A DNA stretch of 63,944 nucleotides, filler included, from Stramenopiles sp. TOSAG23-6 (lineage: Eukaryota), in the NCBI GenBank assembly GCA_900128565.1. It is 8 parts of 8 records of this genome, joined end to end, with 100 filler letters (N's around TTAATTAATTAA, not from the genome) between each part and the next. Parts side by side here need not be neighbours in the genome. Positions count along the whole stretch, not along the records: positions 11,923 to 23,741 come from LT636236.1; positions 23,842 to 35,650 come from LT636237.1; 6 more parts are not named here. One strand, 5' to 3'. The notes under the pieces were generated by a model. That model saw only the letters and a list, made by a program, of their open reading frames with translations, had not been told where the DNA came from and did not search any database. A program made the position numbers and the translations under genes. Below, piece by piece: positions 11,975 to 23,942 of the stretch (positions within the stretch are counted from its first letter, which is position 1; each line of letters starts with the position of its first letter).

Positions 11975-13487
11975 ATCCATCTGGCTTTACAAATCCTGAG
12001 CTACTTGTAGTAGCGACAATAGGGTTAGGGTTAGGAGTGTTTACAGCATCAGTATTAGGTTTTGATGATTTCATCATTGTTAGAGATCTAGAATTATAAT
12101 CATTTTCATTTTGAATTTGTACGGCAGAACACGAAACATCATCAAAAAATGAATCATCATAAGTATCACAAGCTTCAATGGTCTGTATTTTTTTAGTACA
12201 ATCTTGTGACTCATTTGAAACATCCATAGATTCCAATGTAGTTTCGATGGACGTTGAAGCGATACGCTTTTTCACAGCTTCTTTACGCAATCTTCTCTTC
12301 TTAGCCTTAGACATTTGATCCCATCCTTCAGGTTTCTTGAATGCTGTAGGGTCACTAGAAATAGAATTAACCGTATTGATATCTCCAGAAATAGAATTAA
12401 CCGTATTGATATCTCCAGAAATAGGACTACATTGTACACTTGATGTGATAGTTGCTGATACTATGTTCTTGTGCACTGTTTCGTCAATGTCTGTATTAGT
12501 TTTTTTTGATACTTTTTTCAAAGTTTCAGATTCTTCACATTTCAATGATTTCACCGGGCCTTCAGACTCAACAGAGGAAACTTTTAGCAGACTTAACTTT
12601 TTTTGGGCACGTATTTTTCGAAGGCGTCGACGTTTTGCCTTTGACATGACCTGAGTTTCCTTCTCAGCTCCCTCGACTGTCTCTAAGACATTTGTTTCAT
12701 CTGTGACAGAGGCACGAACAACGCTGGATTTCTCTTCACGCTTCCGTTTCATCTCTTTTTTAGGATTTTTACTAGATAGTTTTTCATCATTCACCACAGG
12801 AATGACATCATTTTGAGTCAGAATCGTTTTCTTGCGCATTGATTCAAGGATTTCATGTTTCGCCGCTTTTCGTTCAGCTTTGCGTTTGGCTTTACGTTCA
12901 AGTTTGGCAGCTGGACTATTGTCTTTCAATGATTTTTTTATCGCTTTTCGTTCAGCTTTGCGTTTGGCTTTACGTTCAAGTTTGGCGGCTGGACTATTGT
13001 CTTTTATTGGCTTTATTGATTCTACAGATTTTGGCACAGATATTACTGGTAGATTACTACTTTTAACCAATGAATCAGGCGCAGTATTTGCTTCTTTTGC
13101 AGCAAACAACTTCTCTAATCTGGCGAGACGTTTTTTCAATTCGTCATTCTCCACTTTCAACTCACGAAACTTTATAGGCTCATTATTCTTTCTAGATATG
13201 TCCTCTTTTGAACGCTGTATATTTTGCTCAGAATTTTGCATTTGGCATTGCCAAGCTAATTGCTCTGCCTGTAATTCAGAGAATGCAGTCATAATATTAT
13301 ATACTCTATCTTCTCGTAGTGGTGCCAAGCAGCAGTACTTCAATTTAGACTGACTACTCGCACTCGCTTTGGCTTGGCTTGGGAGGGATTTCGTGTTTTC
13401 GTTTTTTTTGTAACTGCTGAAAAGTTTGTACCATTTTTCATTAGGTAAAAAAAAATTGTCGGTTGTCTTACCGTATCCTTCCTTCAA
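11975..13487 (-). CDS. Lys-rich hypothetical protein, 3' truncated (ATG possibly 13292)
   Basis: Long ORF with repeated MSKAKRRRLRK and KDNSPAAKLERKAK motifs. Confidence 0.65.
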
Positions 13488-13548
13488 CTACGCTTCTTCC
13501 AAAATACGCAAAAGAACGTGTTTCAACTTACTGTATCACTCGAATATC

Positions 13549-16374
13549 ATGTTTATGAATCAGAGTAACTTTTCAGATGGAGATTCTTCATCTGATGATC
13601 CTTTTGGAGACAGCCCGTCTCGAATTCGAAGCTCTGGAGCTCTAGGAGGTCGTTCAACACTATCAAATAGTAGTGGTCGTACCCCGTCCCCTCAAGCACC
13701 AACCACACCGGTGGGCAGTGGTGGAGCTTTTACGTATAGTGGTGGATTTAGTAGTAGCGGATTCTCTTCAAGAAAAAATCAAAAGTCATATTCTCATTCT
13801 TTACATGGCGAAAACGACGATGGTCCACCTGGTGATAATTTTGAACGATCTCAAAAGATGGAAAGACAACGCGAACGGGAAGCGAAGAAACAAACTGAAA
13901 GTTTAGGTAGTCGTTCTAATGGAGGTATTATGATGTCATCCACTGCAAAACCTCACCGACGACGTATCATGCAACAATTTTCAGCTCCTCGACGTTTTGA
14001 AGATGATTTTTCAGCACCTAAACGTAAAAGAGAGAAACCAAAAGCACCCGTGTTTGATCGACGTAACCGTTTTCAGGAATCTTCAAGCGATGATGATCAA
14101 AATGATTTTGATGAAGAAGAGACGACTGTTCGAAAAGTAAATAATCATAATAATAATAACGTTTCGCTAAATGGGGCATTTGGTAAGGCACTTTTTGTTG
14201 AAGACGAAAGTGTTCCTGATAATAAAAAAACACTTTCTGAATTGTTTGGCAAAGAACGAGGAAGAAAAAAAGAAAAAAGAGAGAAAAAAACTCGATCAAA
14301 AAAACCAAGGAGTACTTTTCAGAATGAGAGTAAACAAATTGTTGATAACCTCAAATCTACGTTCTTTGCTGATGAGGTTGTTTCATACAGGACTGGAAGT
14401 AAATCTCCAGTTATCGATCTAAGTCCTACTAGTGAGTCGAAAACAAAGGCATCAACTTTTAGTTCCTCCGACCGTAGAAAAAGACCAAAGCGCTCAAAAA
14501 GGCCGAAACGATCAAGTGGTCCTCCTCCTAACACAATAGATACGTTTTTTGATGATGATCAAAACGCTGGAAATACTTCAGTCACGATACAACTTCCAGG
14601 GATCAGAGATTCTAATTCAGATTCAGGTAGCGATGGAAGTGGTGTAAGTATTGTGACACCACCGGGGGAAAGGGGAAAAACGCCCCCTCGTAAACATTAC
14701 CACAAGCGCAATGATAATAGTAACGAAAATCTATCTGAAGATTCTAATGAACCAAAAAGATATAAAGGTTCACAAAGAAATTCTCGAACCAAAAGAAAGA
14801 ATTCATCAAATACAAAAGAAAAATATCACTACGGCGACAGAGAAAGCAATTCAAATTCTTTTAGTGCTGATGACTATGATGAAACCTCACAAGGAAAGAA
14901 AATACCTAAGCAACATGATGACAAATACGAAGCTTTGTACAAAAGTCGTCGAAGTCAAGAGAAACGCGACAATCGTAGGAATAAAAGACGCGATCGTGGT
15001 CCGAGAGAAAATAACAGGTATAACGACAAATCCAAAAAAAGTAATGCGGAACTTGAAAGAAGGGGACCAAGAGCCGAAAGAGCACTCACTGATAGTAACG
15101 ATAGTGATGATAGTTATCGCAGATCAAAGAAAAAGAAGAATACACGTCGAAGTCTGAGTGATAGTAACGATAGTGATGATAGTTATCGCAGATCAAAGAA
15201 AAAGAAGAATACACGTCGAAGTCTGAGTGATAGTAACGATAGTGATGATAGTTATCGCAGATCAAAGAAAAAGAAGAATACAAATGATAGTGATGATAGT
15301 TATCATAGATCAAAGAAAAAGAAGAATTCACGTCGAAGTCTGAGTGATAGTAATGATAGTGATGATAGTGATGGTAGTTATCATAAATCAAAGAAAAAGA
15401 CCAAAAAACGTTCACCAAAAGAGAGAAGTTCTCGTTCATCAAAGTCTGCTCGTCGTGAAGAATTTTCACCACCAGCAATGCAACCTGTAACTTTTAATTT
15501 TTCAAATATGAAAATATTTAATACAGCACCACCTCCTAAGAGGGCTGGTACTATAGAATGTTATATAGAAAGAAAGAAAAGCGGTCTTAAAAAAATGTAT
15601 CCTGAATATTATTTATATATGAAGAAAGGTCAACGATTTCTTTTGGCGGCAAAAAAACGTAAGAATAATAAGACTTCAAATTATAATATTACTTGGGCCA
15701 AAGAAGGTATAAAAAAACGAAAAAGTGCATCATTTATAGGAAAATTGAGATCAAATTTTGTTGGCACAGAATTTACTTGCTACGATGATGGCATCAACCC
15801 TAAAGATATAGATTCTGTCGACTATAATGGAGCAATGGGAGCAGTGAGGAAAGAGCTAGTAAGTATTCAGTATGCTTCGAATGTAATGGGTTCAAGGGGA
15901 CCAAGAAAAATGAAGGTTTGCGTACGTTTTCATCGTTAATTGTTTTCCTAAACTTTTTCCTTAGTAAATTTTGTACCTAACGTTTTTTTTTACGAAAAAA
16001 AAATATTTTTCACAAAACATGTACCTGCTGTAAAAAATGGCCGAGCAGAGATATTTAAACCATTGAAACGTTCGGAAGGTTTAGCTGCGAAAGCAAAACA
16101 ACAAGAATATAGTAATTGTTTTGTTCTTATTAATAAACCACCGCGCTGGAATGAAAATGTTGGGGCTTATGTATTAAACTTTTGTGGACGAGTGACAATG
16201 GCGTCTGTGAAGAATTTCCAATTAGTTTCACCAGATGATCATGATACAGTTGTATTGCAATTTGGTAGAGTAGGGAAGCATATGTTCACAATGGATTATC
16301 ACTGGCCATTGTCACCTTTTCAAGCATTCGCAATTTGTCTTAGTTCATTTGATTATAAACTAGCTTGCGAGTGA
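13549..16374 (+). CDS. Tubby-like protein; exons 13549-15921, 16021-16374
   Basis: Tubby motifs [42 protein letters not shown]. Confidence 0.92.
15091..15400 (+). repeat. 69-bp coding tandem repeat ([23 protein letters not shown])
   Basis: About 4-5 imperfect copies visible. Confidence 0.9.
15922..16020 (+). mobile_element. Introner-like intron M, GT-AT, 99 nt
   Basis: TGC|GTACGTTTT...TTTTCACAAAACAT|GTACCT restores [10 protein letters not shown]. Confidence 0.88.
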
Positions 16375-16506
16375 AGGTAGTCAATGGACACGAAATAATT
16401 TAAAATTTTTCAAAAATAAAGCATATCTATTAGTACTACATTTATTTATGCATATATATATGTATTGTTATGATGTTATCACACACAAAAATCTACTTTA
16501 AAAATA

Positions 16507-16812
16507 TCAGATTGCAGTATCCTCACACAAGTTGTCTTCCCAGGTTTTAATCAGTTTCATATACTTCGAGAGTAGCTGTTTCTTCTTCAATAGTTCTGCT
16601 TCGAGTTTTGCTATTTGTTCCTCTTCGCTTTCAGCGAGGATAATACTTTCCTGAGTTTCAATTTGTGCATTTTCAAAGTACAGTTGTAGTAACCCTGCGA
16701 CACTTTCAAACTCTTCCAAATGAGAAACGTCATCAGACGCAGGGTCACTATTATTAAGTTTAGCAACACAAACAGAAAAGGACTCTCGCAATGCAACAAG
16801 AATACTTGTCAT
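16507..16812 (-). CDS. Small coiled-coil hypothetical protein
   Basis: 101-aa ATG-started ORF with protein-like composition. Confidence 0.55.
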   Translation of the reverse strand: MTSILVALRESFSVCVAKLNNSDPASDDVSHLEEFESVAGLLQLYFENAQIETQESIILAESEEEQIAKLEAELLKKKQLLSKYMKLIKTWEDNLCEDTAI

Positions 16813-17152
16813 ATTTCGGAGAATGCGGACACAGCTTTATCAAAAGTAATTAATAAAGTGTTTTTTTAAATAATATTAAAATCAGCAATTCAAGGATTAT
16901 CCAATACCTACCACACAGCTGCCACTATTATGAATTTTATGAACTAGCTATACCTGAAATAGAAAATAATATCGTTTAATACCGGTCCCGAGGGTCTTTA
17001 TGTCAGGTCAGTTTGCAACTCGTTGGCCAGTACCGGGTATCGGGAAATTGACAGTACGCGTACTACGAACTTCGAAGTACTACCGAGTACTACCTTAATT
17101 GTATTGTATAATATAGTACAATGCTTTATTTTTGTGTTCTCCAAATTCTACC

Positions 17153-17902
17153 ATGAGACATAGGATGCGTGATAAAAACGGCGATACTTCAAAGTTGAGT
17201 GATGTAAAAGGTAGAAGTGATGGTATTATTCCCAAGGCTAGACGGATTTCTTCATTGATAGGTTTTTCAATGAAAGGAAAAACTAGCACTACTCCTGTTG
17301 CTTTTGTTGCTGACCACACTCGTGAGTGGGTTACTATGATAGTTTTTTTTGTGCTTATCATTTCGGATGGTTCAACTTTTATTGTTAGTGTCATTATTGG
17401 TGCTCTTGGGAATGCCATAATTGCGAAACTTTTAAAGCGTATTTTTAAGCAACCTCGACCACCTACGTCTACACTGACAGATTTTGGGTTGCCATCAAGC
17501 CATGCGTGCTCTTTGTTCTTTCTATCTACGTTTGTGTCGTCTTATGCATACAACTGGAGGAGTCAAACAGGGATCGAATTTGGTCTTACTCTTTGTAGCT
17601 TCCCACTGCAATTGGCTGCTATGTTATCATGGTGGAGAGTCAGACGAGGACATCATACAAAAGAACAGGTTTTTATTGGAGGAGCTTTAGGAGTAGTGAA
17701 CGGGATTTTATGGACTTATGTCGTTCCAAGTCTATCAAAGTCTATTGACACATTCTTAATTACTGTGGATGCAACTAGACCTAATGGAATAAGTGGTTCA
17801 TGTCTTAGACTTTTCGGAATATCCGTTTTAATGTTTTTTGTTGTGTTGATTATGGTTTCCGCTGAACGATATTTTTTTGATTCGCTGAAAGCACACCGTT
17901 GA
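17153..17902 (+). CDS. PAP2-family dolichyldiphosphatase-like protein
   Basis: KRIFKQPRP, PSSHA and RVRRGHHT motifs. Confidence 0.85.
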   Translation: MRHRMRDKNGDTSKLSDVKGRSDGIIPKARRISSLIGFSMKGKTSTTPVAFVADHTREWVTMIVFFVLIISDGSTFIVSVIIGALGNAIIAKLLKRIFKQPRPPTSTLTDFGLPSSHACSLFFLSTFVSSYAYNWRSQTGIEFGLTLCSFPLQLAAMLSWWRVRRGHHTKEQVFIGGALGVVNGILWTYVVPSLSKSIDTFLITVDATRPNGISGSCLRLFGISVLMFFVVLIMVSAERYFFDSLKAHR

Positions 17903-17978
17903 TAACAATGTATTAAAAATAGATAAATAAAATTAAGTTATAATTTCGATAGTTCATTTAATGGTATTATTTCTCAAA

Positions 17979-18479
17979 TTAAGCTCCAGATAGAGGGCGT
18001 ACCCGAGGTTCCAGAGCAACTTTATCAACAAGATTGGCGTCTGGCATGTTTCTAATACCTAAAAGCCGTAAAGCAGTTCTAATTGCCCATAGAGCATCCC
18101 TCTGCTGTCTAGCTAATACCTGCCTAAAACGACTCTGAAGACGAGTTGCCGCACCATGTGCCTGTCTCCTCCTTTCTTCAACTAGTAGCTGCCGAAATAA
18201 CGCTTGAAGACGTATCAAAGCTTGAAGGCGAATTGCTCGACGGTTGCGTTCTTCAACCATNATTTGCCTAAATAGAGCTTGAAGACGAGTCGCAGCTCCA
18301 TGAGCTTGTCGTCTACGATATTCACCCAACATTTGTCTAATTCGTGACTGGAGAGTCAAAGCAGCTGCATGCTCCTCTTCGATATTTTTTACACTAGCGT
18401 CAGAAACAGTAACTTGCTTCTGTGGAGGATGAAAGCTTTTCGTAGTTAACGAAACTCTTTTTCTTCGACTTTTTTCCAT
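17979..18479 (-). CDS. IQ-motif-like repeat protein
   Basis: Repeated AATRLQALFRQ. Confidence 0.65.
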   Translation of the reverse strand: MEKSRRKRVSLTTKSFHPPQKQVTVSDASVKNIEEEHAAALTLQSRIRQMLGEYRRRQAHGAATRLQALFRQXMVEERNRRAIRLQALIRLQALFRQLLVEERRRQAHGAATRLQSRFRQVLARQQRDALWAIRTALRLLGIRNMPDANLVDKVALEPRVRPLSGA

Positions 18480-18993
18480 GCTTACCACCAAATATAACTA
18501 CTTACTTCTTGTCAAATAACAATAGTTCTGATTCAGATTGAATACAATCTTGTGTGAAGTATTTGTCAGTTTTGTGTTCCTAGTAGTACCTGTGAACTGG
18601 TACCTATAGTTAACAGTTTGGTAACAATATCGTCGACAACCTGTGTCAAGAAATTTCTTTTTTCAAAGTTTTTTTTTGTCCTTTTTTTCGGAGACTTTCA
18701 TCTGCTATATTTTACAGCAGTTTTGTTCCCAAAGATTTTGCGGAGAAGGATGCCTCAAATTAAATTTATGGTATACCTTAACAAGCAAGCTCACTTACCT
18801 GAACGTGCTATATTGCAGAGTCTTCGAAATATATCTTTATCAAAATCCCTCCATAGCTAGTCTGGGAAACAAAAGAAGCATTTCCGTTGACTACAGATCA
18901 TGCAATAGGTATTACTCTAGTTGGATTTATCACATTTATTGATTTCAAGTTGTACAGGGAAGCAAATACTATTTTTCCGCGAAATACTTTTCA

Positions 18994-21252
18994 ATGGGGA
19001 GTGGTGCCTCAAAAACGGATTCTCGCGTAACTCAAGCAAAGGTAAAAGCAGTCATGCAATTCGCAGTAAATTCTTCTAAAACAGGATCCACTGGAAATAA
19101 AAACGTTAAAACTGTTCCGCATTTACATATTTCATTTCCTGAAATACCAGAGACTTTATTAAATTCGCCAAAAGGAATTCAAGACAAATCACATCTTCGT
19201 CCAAGTCTCGACGCAACTGCGGAAGAGCGCGTAAAAACAAACATACAAAGACGTAAACTCGCACAAAAAGCAAAAATTTGCCGACCACGACGTTCTCGCG
19301 GACATTCTGCTATAGTACGAGAGGGAAATAATGAGGTATTTGGTGGCAGATTGTCGGCGTCTCTAGTAGAAGGAAAAGAAGTGTATCGAAAAGAAGATCA
19401 TTTCGTTGAAAAAACAGATGAAGATCATTTTCTTGTTCGGCGTTCATTGCAGGATCACTTCCTCTTTCAAACTCTCCCAACACAAGTAATTATTGATGTC
19501 GTTGATGTNATGACTCCAGTGGTTGTCAAATGCGGGGATATTATAATTAATCAAGGGGACACTAAGGGTGACACATTTTATGTCATTGCTAGTGGCCTTT
19601 TTGATATAATTGTGGACAATGAGCGTTGTGTAACTTATAGACATGGTCAAAACTTCGGTGAGCTTGCACTGATGTATGATTCCCCTCGTGCTGCGACAGT
19701 GAAGGCAAAAACTGATGGTGTTTTATGGGCATTGGATAGGATTCCATTTAGAATGTTTGTTACATCAAACGTAGAGCAGGAATTTCAAACAATCGAAGAG
19801 ACTCTTCTCGGGGTGAAGGCTTTTCAACCCCCAAACGTTTCCAAAGAAGGGGTACAACAACTTGCACAGTTACTCAATCGCCAGCATATTCACAAAAATA
19901 AAGTTATAATCAATCAAGGAGACAAAGGCGAAGTATTCTATCTCATTGAAACAGGAAAAGTTTCATGCAGAAAAGATGGGAAACACACAATAATGTTGGG
20001 CCCAGGAGAGTATTTCGGAGAACAAGCTCTACTAACAAAGAACAAACGAGCAATGACTGTTGTCGCAATTTCTAATTGTCAAGTGTTCACGGTACACAAA
20101 ACTGAGTTTGAGAACTTTATCAAAAAATATCCTGCTGTAGTGACAGAAATGAATAAAAATCATGATACACGAGTTTGTGTTGAGCTAGAAGCCTTAGCGA
20201 GGGTTCGCCGCCCTTTGCTAGATCTGAAACTTCAAGATTTAACTACTGTGCGAATCATAGGTAAGGGAGCATATGGAATGGTCCGGCTTGTTCGTTGTCG
20301 TAATACAAATACTCCATACGCTGTAAAAGTAATGCAAAAAGCAAGGGTAGTAGAAAATCAACAAGCAATCAATGTTATCACTGAAAGGAATATTATGCAT
20401 GAACTAGACCACCCATTCTTAGTCCGACTTGAGGGAGCTTTATCGGATAAAAATTGTCTATACATTGTCACTGAGTTCCTTGGCGGTGGCGATTTGTTCA
20501 ATTTGTTGTGTGAGTTTGATGGTGTTCTAGAATCGGAGCCAGCGTCATTTTATACAGCTTGTATAATAAGTGCATTTAGTTACCTCCACAAGCACAATTT
20601 TATTTACCGTGACCTCAAGCCAGAAAATATTGTCCTTGATTCTAATGGATACATAAAATTGGTTGATTTGGGTATGGCCAAGGCAGTTTACCTTCGTACA
20701 TATACAATTTGTGGAACTCCAGAATATATGGCACCTGAAATTATCCATGGCACAGGTCATGGGAGAGGGGTTGACTATTGGGCACTTGGTATTGTACTAT
20801 ATGAAATGTTATGTGGCGTGACTCCTTTTGCAGATGACGATAACAAAAATCACCTGGAAATTTACAAACGTGTTGACACTTATTGCAACTTATACCCAAC
20901 TCATGCATTTGATTCTAAAAGGAGTTTAATCGAATGGCCTAAATGGATTTTTGCAGAGCCTATCCGAGATTTAGTAACTAAGCTATTGAATCCTCAAGTA
21001 TCTTCCAGACTTGGTGTTGACTCAGACATTGATATTCGCAATCACACTTGGTTTTCTGAATCAATGATGTCCATTGATTGGAATAGTCTGGAAAATATGG
21101 AAGTAACAGCGCCAATTGTTCCATGCATGGACAATGACTTTGATACTCAAAACTTTGATGACTGGGGTAAAGAGAAAGATGTTACTGACTATGAGCCTAC
21201 AGGATCCCATTACGAAAAACTATGGAAAAATAGTTTTGGTGAAATTCAGTAA
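18994..21252 (+). CDS. cGMP-dependent-type (AGC) protein kinase with two cNMP-binding domains
   Basis: N-terminal MGSG, FGELAL/FGEQAL, GKGAYG, YRDLKPEN, TICGTPEY. Confidence 0.92.
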   Translation: MGSGASKTDSRVTQAKVKAVMQFAVNSSKTGSTGNKNVKTVPHLHISFPEIPETLLNSPKGIQDKSHLRPSLDATAEERVKTNIQRRKLAQKAKICRPRRSRGHSAIVREGNNEVFGGRLSASLVEGKEVYRKEDHFVEKTDEDHFLVRRSLQDHFLFQTLPTQVIIDVVDXMTPVVVKCGDIIINQGDTKGDTFYVIASGLFDIIVDNERCVTYRHGQNFGELALMYDSPRAATVKAKTDGVLWALDRIPFRMFVTSNVEQEFQTIEETLLGVKAFQPPNVSKEGVQQLAQLLNRQHIHKNKVIINQGDKGEVFYLIETGKVSCRKDGKHTIMLGPGEYFGEQALLTKNKRAMTVVAISNCQVFTVHKTEFENFIKKYPAVVTEMNKNHDTRVCVELEALARVRRPLLDLKLQDLTTVRIIGKGAYGMVRLVRCRNTNTPYAVKVMQKARVVENQQAINVITERNIMHELDHPFLVRLEGALSDKNCLYIVTEFLGGGDLFNLLCEFDGVLESEPASFYTACIISAFSYLHKHNFIYRDLKPENIVLDSNGYIKLVDLGMAKAVYLRTYTICGTPEYMAPEIIHGTGHGRGVDYWALGIVLYEMLCGVTPFADDDNKNHLEIYKRVDTYCNLYPTHAFDSKRSLIEWPKWIFAEPIRDLVTKLLNPQVSSRLGVDSDIDIRNHTWFSESMMSIDWNSLENMEVTAPIVPCMDNDFDTQNFDDWGKEKDVTDYEPTGSHYEKLWKNSFGEIQ

Positions 21253-21321
21253 TAATTTGTAACCAATTGATGAAGAAAGAATGTTGAGAGACATTTAGTA
21301 TCGGGTATTCTAAACTGAATA

Positions 21322-21449
21322 AAATTTAACTTAATCTTATTAATAACAATTACAAATTTAACTCAGTCTTATTAATAACAATTACAAATTTAACTCAGTC
21401 TTATCAATAACAATTACAAATTTAACTCAGTCTTATCAATAACAATTAT
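21322..21449. repeat. 32-bp tandem repeat, 4 copies
   Basis: AAATTTAACTCAGTCTTATYAATAACAATTAC units between convergent genes. Confidence 0.9.
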
Positions 21450-21547
21450 AAACTGTGTTGGAGCTGACGGATTCACTTTTGGACATATTTCAATTAAGGT
21501 TTGAAATTCTCCATATTTTCTTATTGCTATGCTGATGAGTAATCAGT

Positions 21548-22366
21548 CTATAGTTCATGTTCATCTGCGCACTCTTTTGGATTTTCTAAGCAATCTCTAT
21601 AATATTCTGCTTTTCCCAGAATTTCACGCCTGTATTTTTGAAAAATATTTCACAAAAAAAAACGTTAGGTACGAAATTTCGTATGAAAAAAATATTCGAA
21701 ATTGAAAACAAATAAAACAAACATCATATTCTTTATATCATCGTTTTTGGCACAATCAGGAAGTTTATCTGTATGCGTTTGCAGTGCAATGTGTCGGTAT
21801 AACTTTTTTGCTTTTCTAAGGCTTCTTTTTCCAGGAGATAACCGACGAAGTTGAGCAAAATCACTGTAGTTCGAGGCTAGAAATTTCCAAAACTCTTTTT
21901 TGTTATCTACGTGTGTTTTATAGTGTAGGATCCACTGTTTATACAAAGTGCATCGCCCACGGTTTTCTCTCCGTCGACGTTTCTGGAGTTCGGCAGACTC
22001 AGATGTGTCCCCCGCAAGTCTGTCAAGTTCTGCTTGTTTATCGAGGCGTAACAATTCTTGCCTCTTTATGTCCTCCTGTGTACGATATTTTCGATCTTCC
22101 CATTCTGACACATCACACACAAAACCAATACTTTCAACCTTACTAGACTTACACTTTATTTTCTTTATCTCTCTTCCTAGTTTAATGACACGACCATAAG
22201 AGTCAAATACTGATGCATATTTTTCTAGAAAACGGGCTTTTGCCTTTTTTTTGGCTAGCCTTTTCAACACGGCAGATTTATTGACTGTGCCATTACAAAC
22301 AATCTCTATTGGATACTGAAGAAGGAAGATAAAAGACACGGTTAAAAATAAATTAAGAAGAAACAT
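21548..22366 (-). CDS. Putative ER-luminal protein with degenerate J-domain; exons 21723-22366, 21548-21629
   Basis: Hydrophobic N-terminus, KKLYRHIALQTHTDK, spliced C-terminus ADEHEL*. Confidence 0.7.
21630..21722 (-). mobile_element. Introner-like intron N, GT-AG, 93 nt
   Basis: AT|GTTTGTTTT...TTTTCAAAAATACAG|GCG. Confidence 0.85.
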
Positions 22367-22699
22367 GATGACCAAAATACGTATTACGATGACTCAATTT
22401 CTCCTGTGGTTGGATGGATTTAGATTTCTGGAGACCAAAGGAATCGAAATGAAAATTTCGAAGGTAGTTTTTTTCTTCTTCGTTCCAGTAAGTAGCTAAA
22501 TATAAAAATTTTTCCAAAAAATGAAAACGCAACAACGCAACCCTAATTTATTTCGATTTCGGATTTCGTGCGAGCCGTTGGATCTGACGGTTATAAATTA
22601 TAATACTTCAAAGGTAAATAGATTATTACTTCTCGCGTTTTTGTCATTTTTTTCTATTAATTAGTACCTAAGAAATATCAACGTACTCATAGAAGCTCA

Positions 22700-23681
22700 A
22701 TGTCAAAAGATATAGAACATAAAGCGCCACAGTCTACTCCTGTAATAGATAAAATATGGGAAGAAAGAATCAAAGAAGTATATTTAAAAGTAGATCCAGA
22801 AAAGTTGCATAAGCATCCAGATTACGTTAAACATATGTTGGAACCTCATAAAGGCAACCTGCACGAATATTTTGATGCTCTCGCAAACACTTATTTATTA
22901 TCTAAAGAAGATATTGATGATATTTGTAATAGTGGTATTTCTACAAAGACTAGCACAANAAGTGTCAAGGATACAGATGAAAAATGTGAAACAAAAAGGA
23001 TAATTCCAGAGTATGAAGTAAATGATAATAAATTAGATGAACTCTTTGGCGTACATTCAGAACAAGGAGCTATAGTAAAAGCTATAGTAAAAAAACAAGA
23101 ATTAGATGAAGAACAAATAGAAAAAAGTGATAGTGTAAAAGCTACATTAAAAAACAAAGAAATAGATGAAAACGAAATTGTAACAAAGACGACCAGAATA
23201 GGAGAAGCAAATCAAAACAAAACAGAAACAGAATCAAAAAAAGAAGCAACATCATTTGAAACATCAATAGAAAAAGCAAAAACAAAAGCAAACAAAGAAG
23301 CAACATCATTAGCAAAAGCAAAAGCAGCATGTAAAGAACCAATCCTTTCAAAACTTGAAATAGTAAAGGAAGGACATTTAGAAAAGTTATTTATTGCAGA
23401 AGATGAAACACAATTTTGGAGAAAACGTAGAGTTACACTAAATAAAATTGAATTGACAGTTGGAAGTCTCAGTAAACCTCAAGATTTTGATGGCTATTTT
23501 CAAATTTTTTCTCTCAGTGAGATATTTGATACAGTTTTTCAATCTGAAAGACTTTTTGTGATTACACTTGGAAAGGATGAAAAAAATACTCCATATGAAA
23601 CTGTCAAAAAAAAATCACATACTTTTCGGTGTACAACAAATATTGAGGCAGAACGCTGGGTAGACTTGCTGAAAGAACTAT
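22700..23681 (+). CDS. PH-domain protein, 3' truncated
   Basis: VKEGHLEK...WRKRRV...EAERWVDLL. Confidence 0.75.
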
Positions 23682-23741
23682 GTACGTTTTTTTTCGTACG
23701 AAATTTTGTACCTAACAATTTTTTTTAGATTTTTTTTGAAA
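23682..23741 (+). mobile_element. Introner-like intron O (partial, short variant)
   Basis: CTAT|GTACGTTTTTTTTCGTACGAAATTTTGTACCTAAC. Confidence 0.78.
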
Positions 23742-23841
23742 NNNNNNNNNNNNNNNNNNNNNNNNNNNNNNNNNNNNNNNNNNNNTTAATTAATTAANNN
23801 NNNNNNNNNNNNNNNNNNNNNNNNNNNNNNNNNNNNNNNNN

Positions 23842-23942
23842 GAAAAATATTTCAAAAAAAATTCTAAAAAATTTGTTAGGTACAAAATTTCGTACGAAAA
23901 ATAAATTCGATTTTTTTGTTGAAAAAAAAAAATAAAACGTAC
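23842..23942 (-). mobile_element. Introner-like intron P in HSP70 (partial)
   Basis: AAAT|GTACGTTTT...core...GAAATATTTTTC at contig end. Confidence 0.82.

Noticed and set aside
21322-21449. CRISPR-like array
   Set aside because: Head-to-tail repeats with no spacers, in a eukaryote
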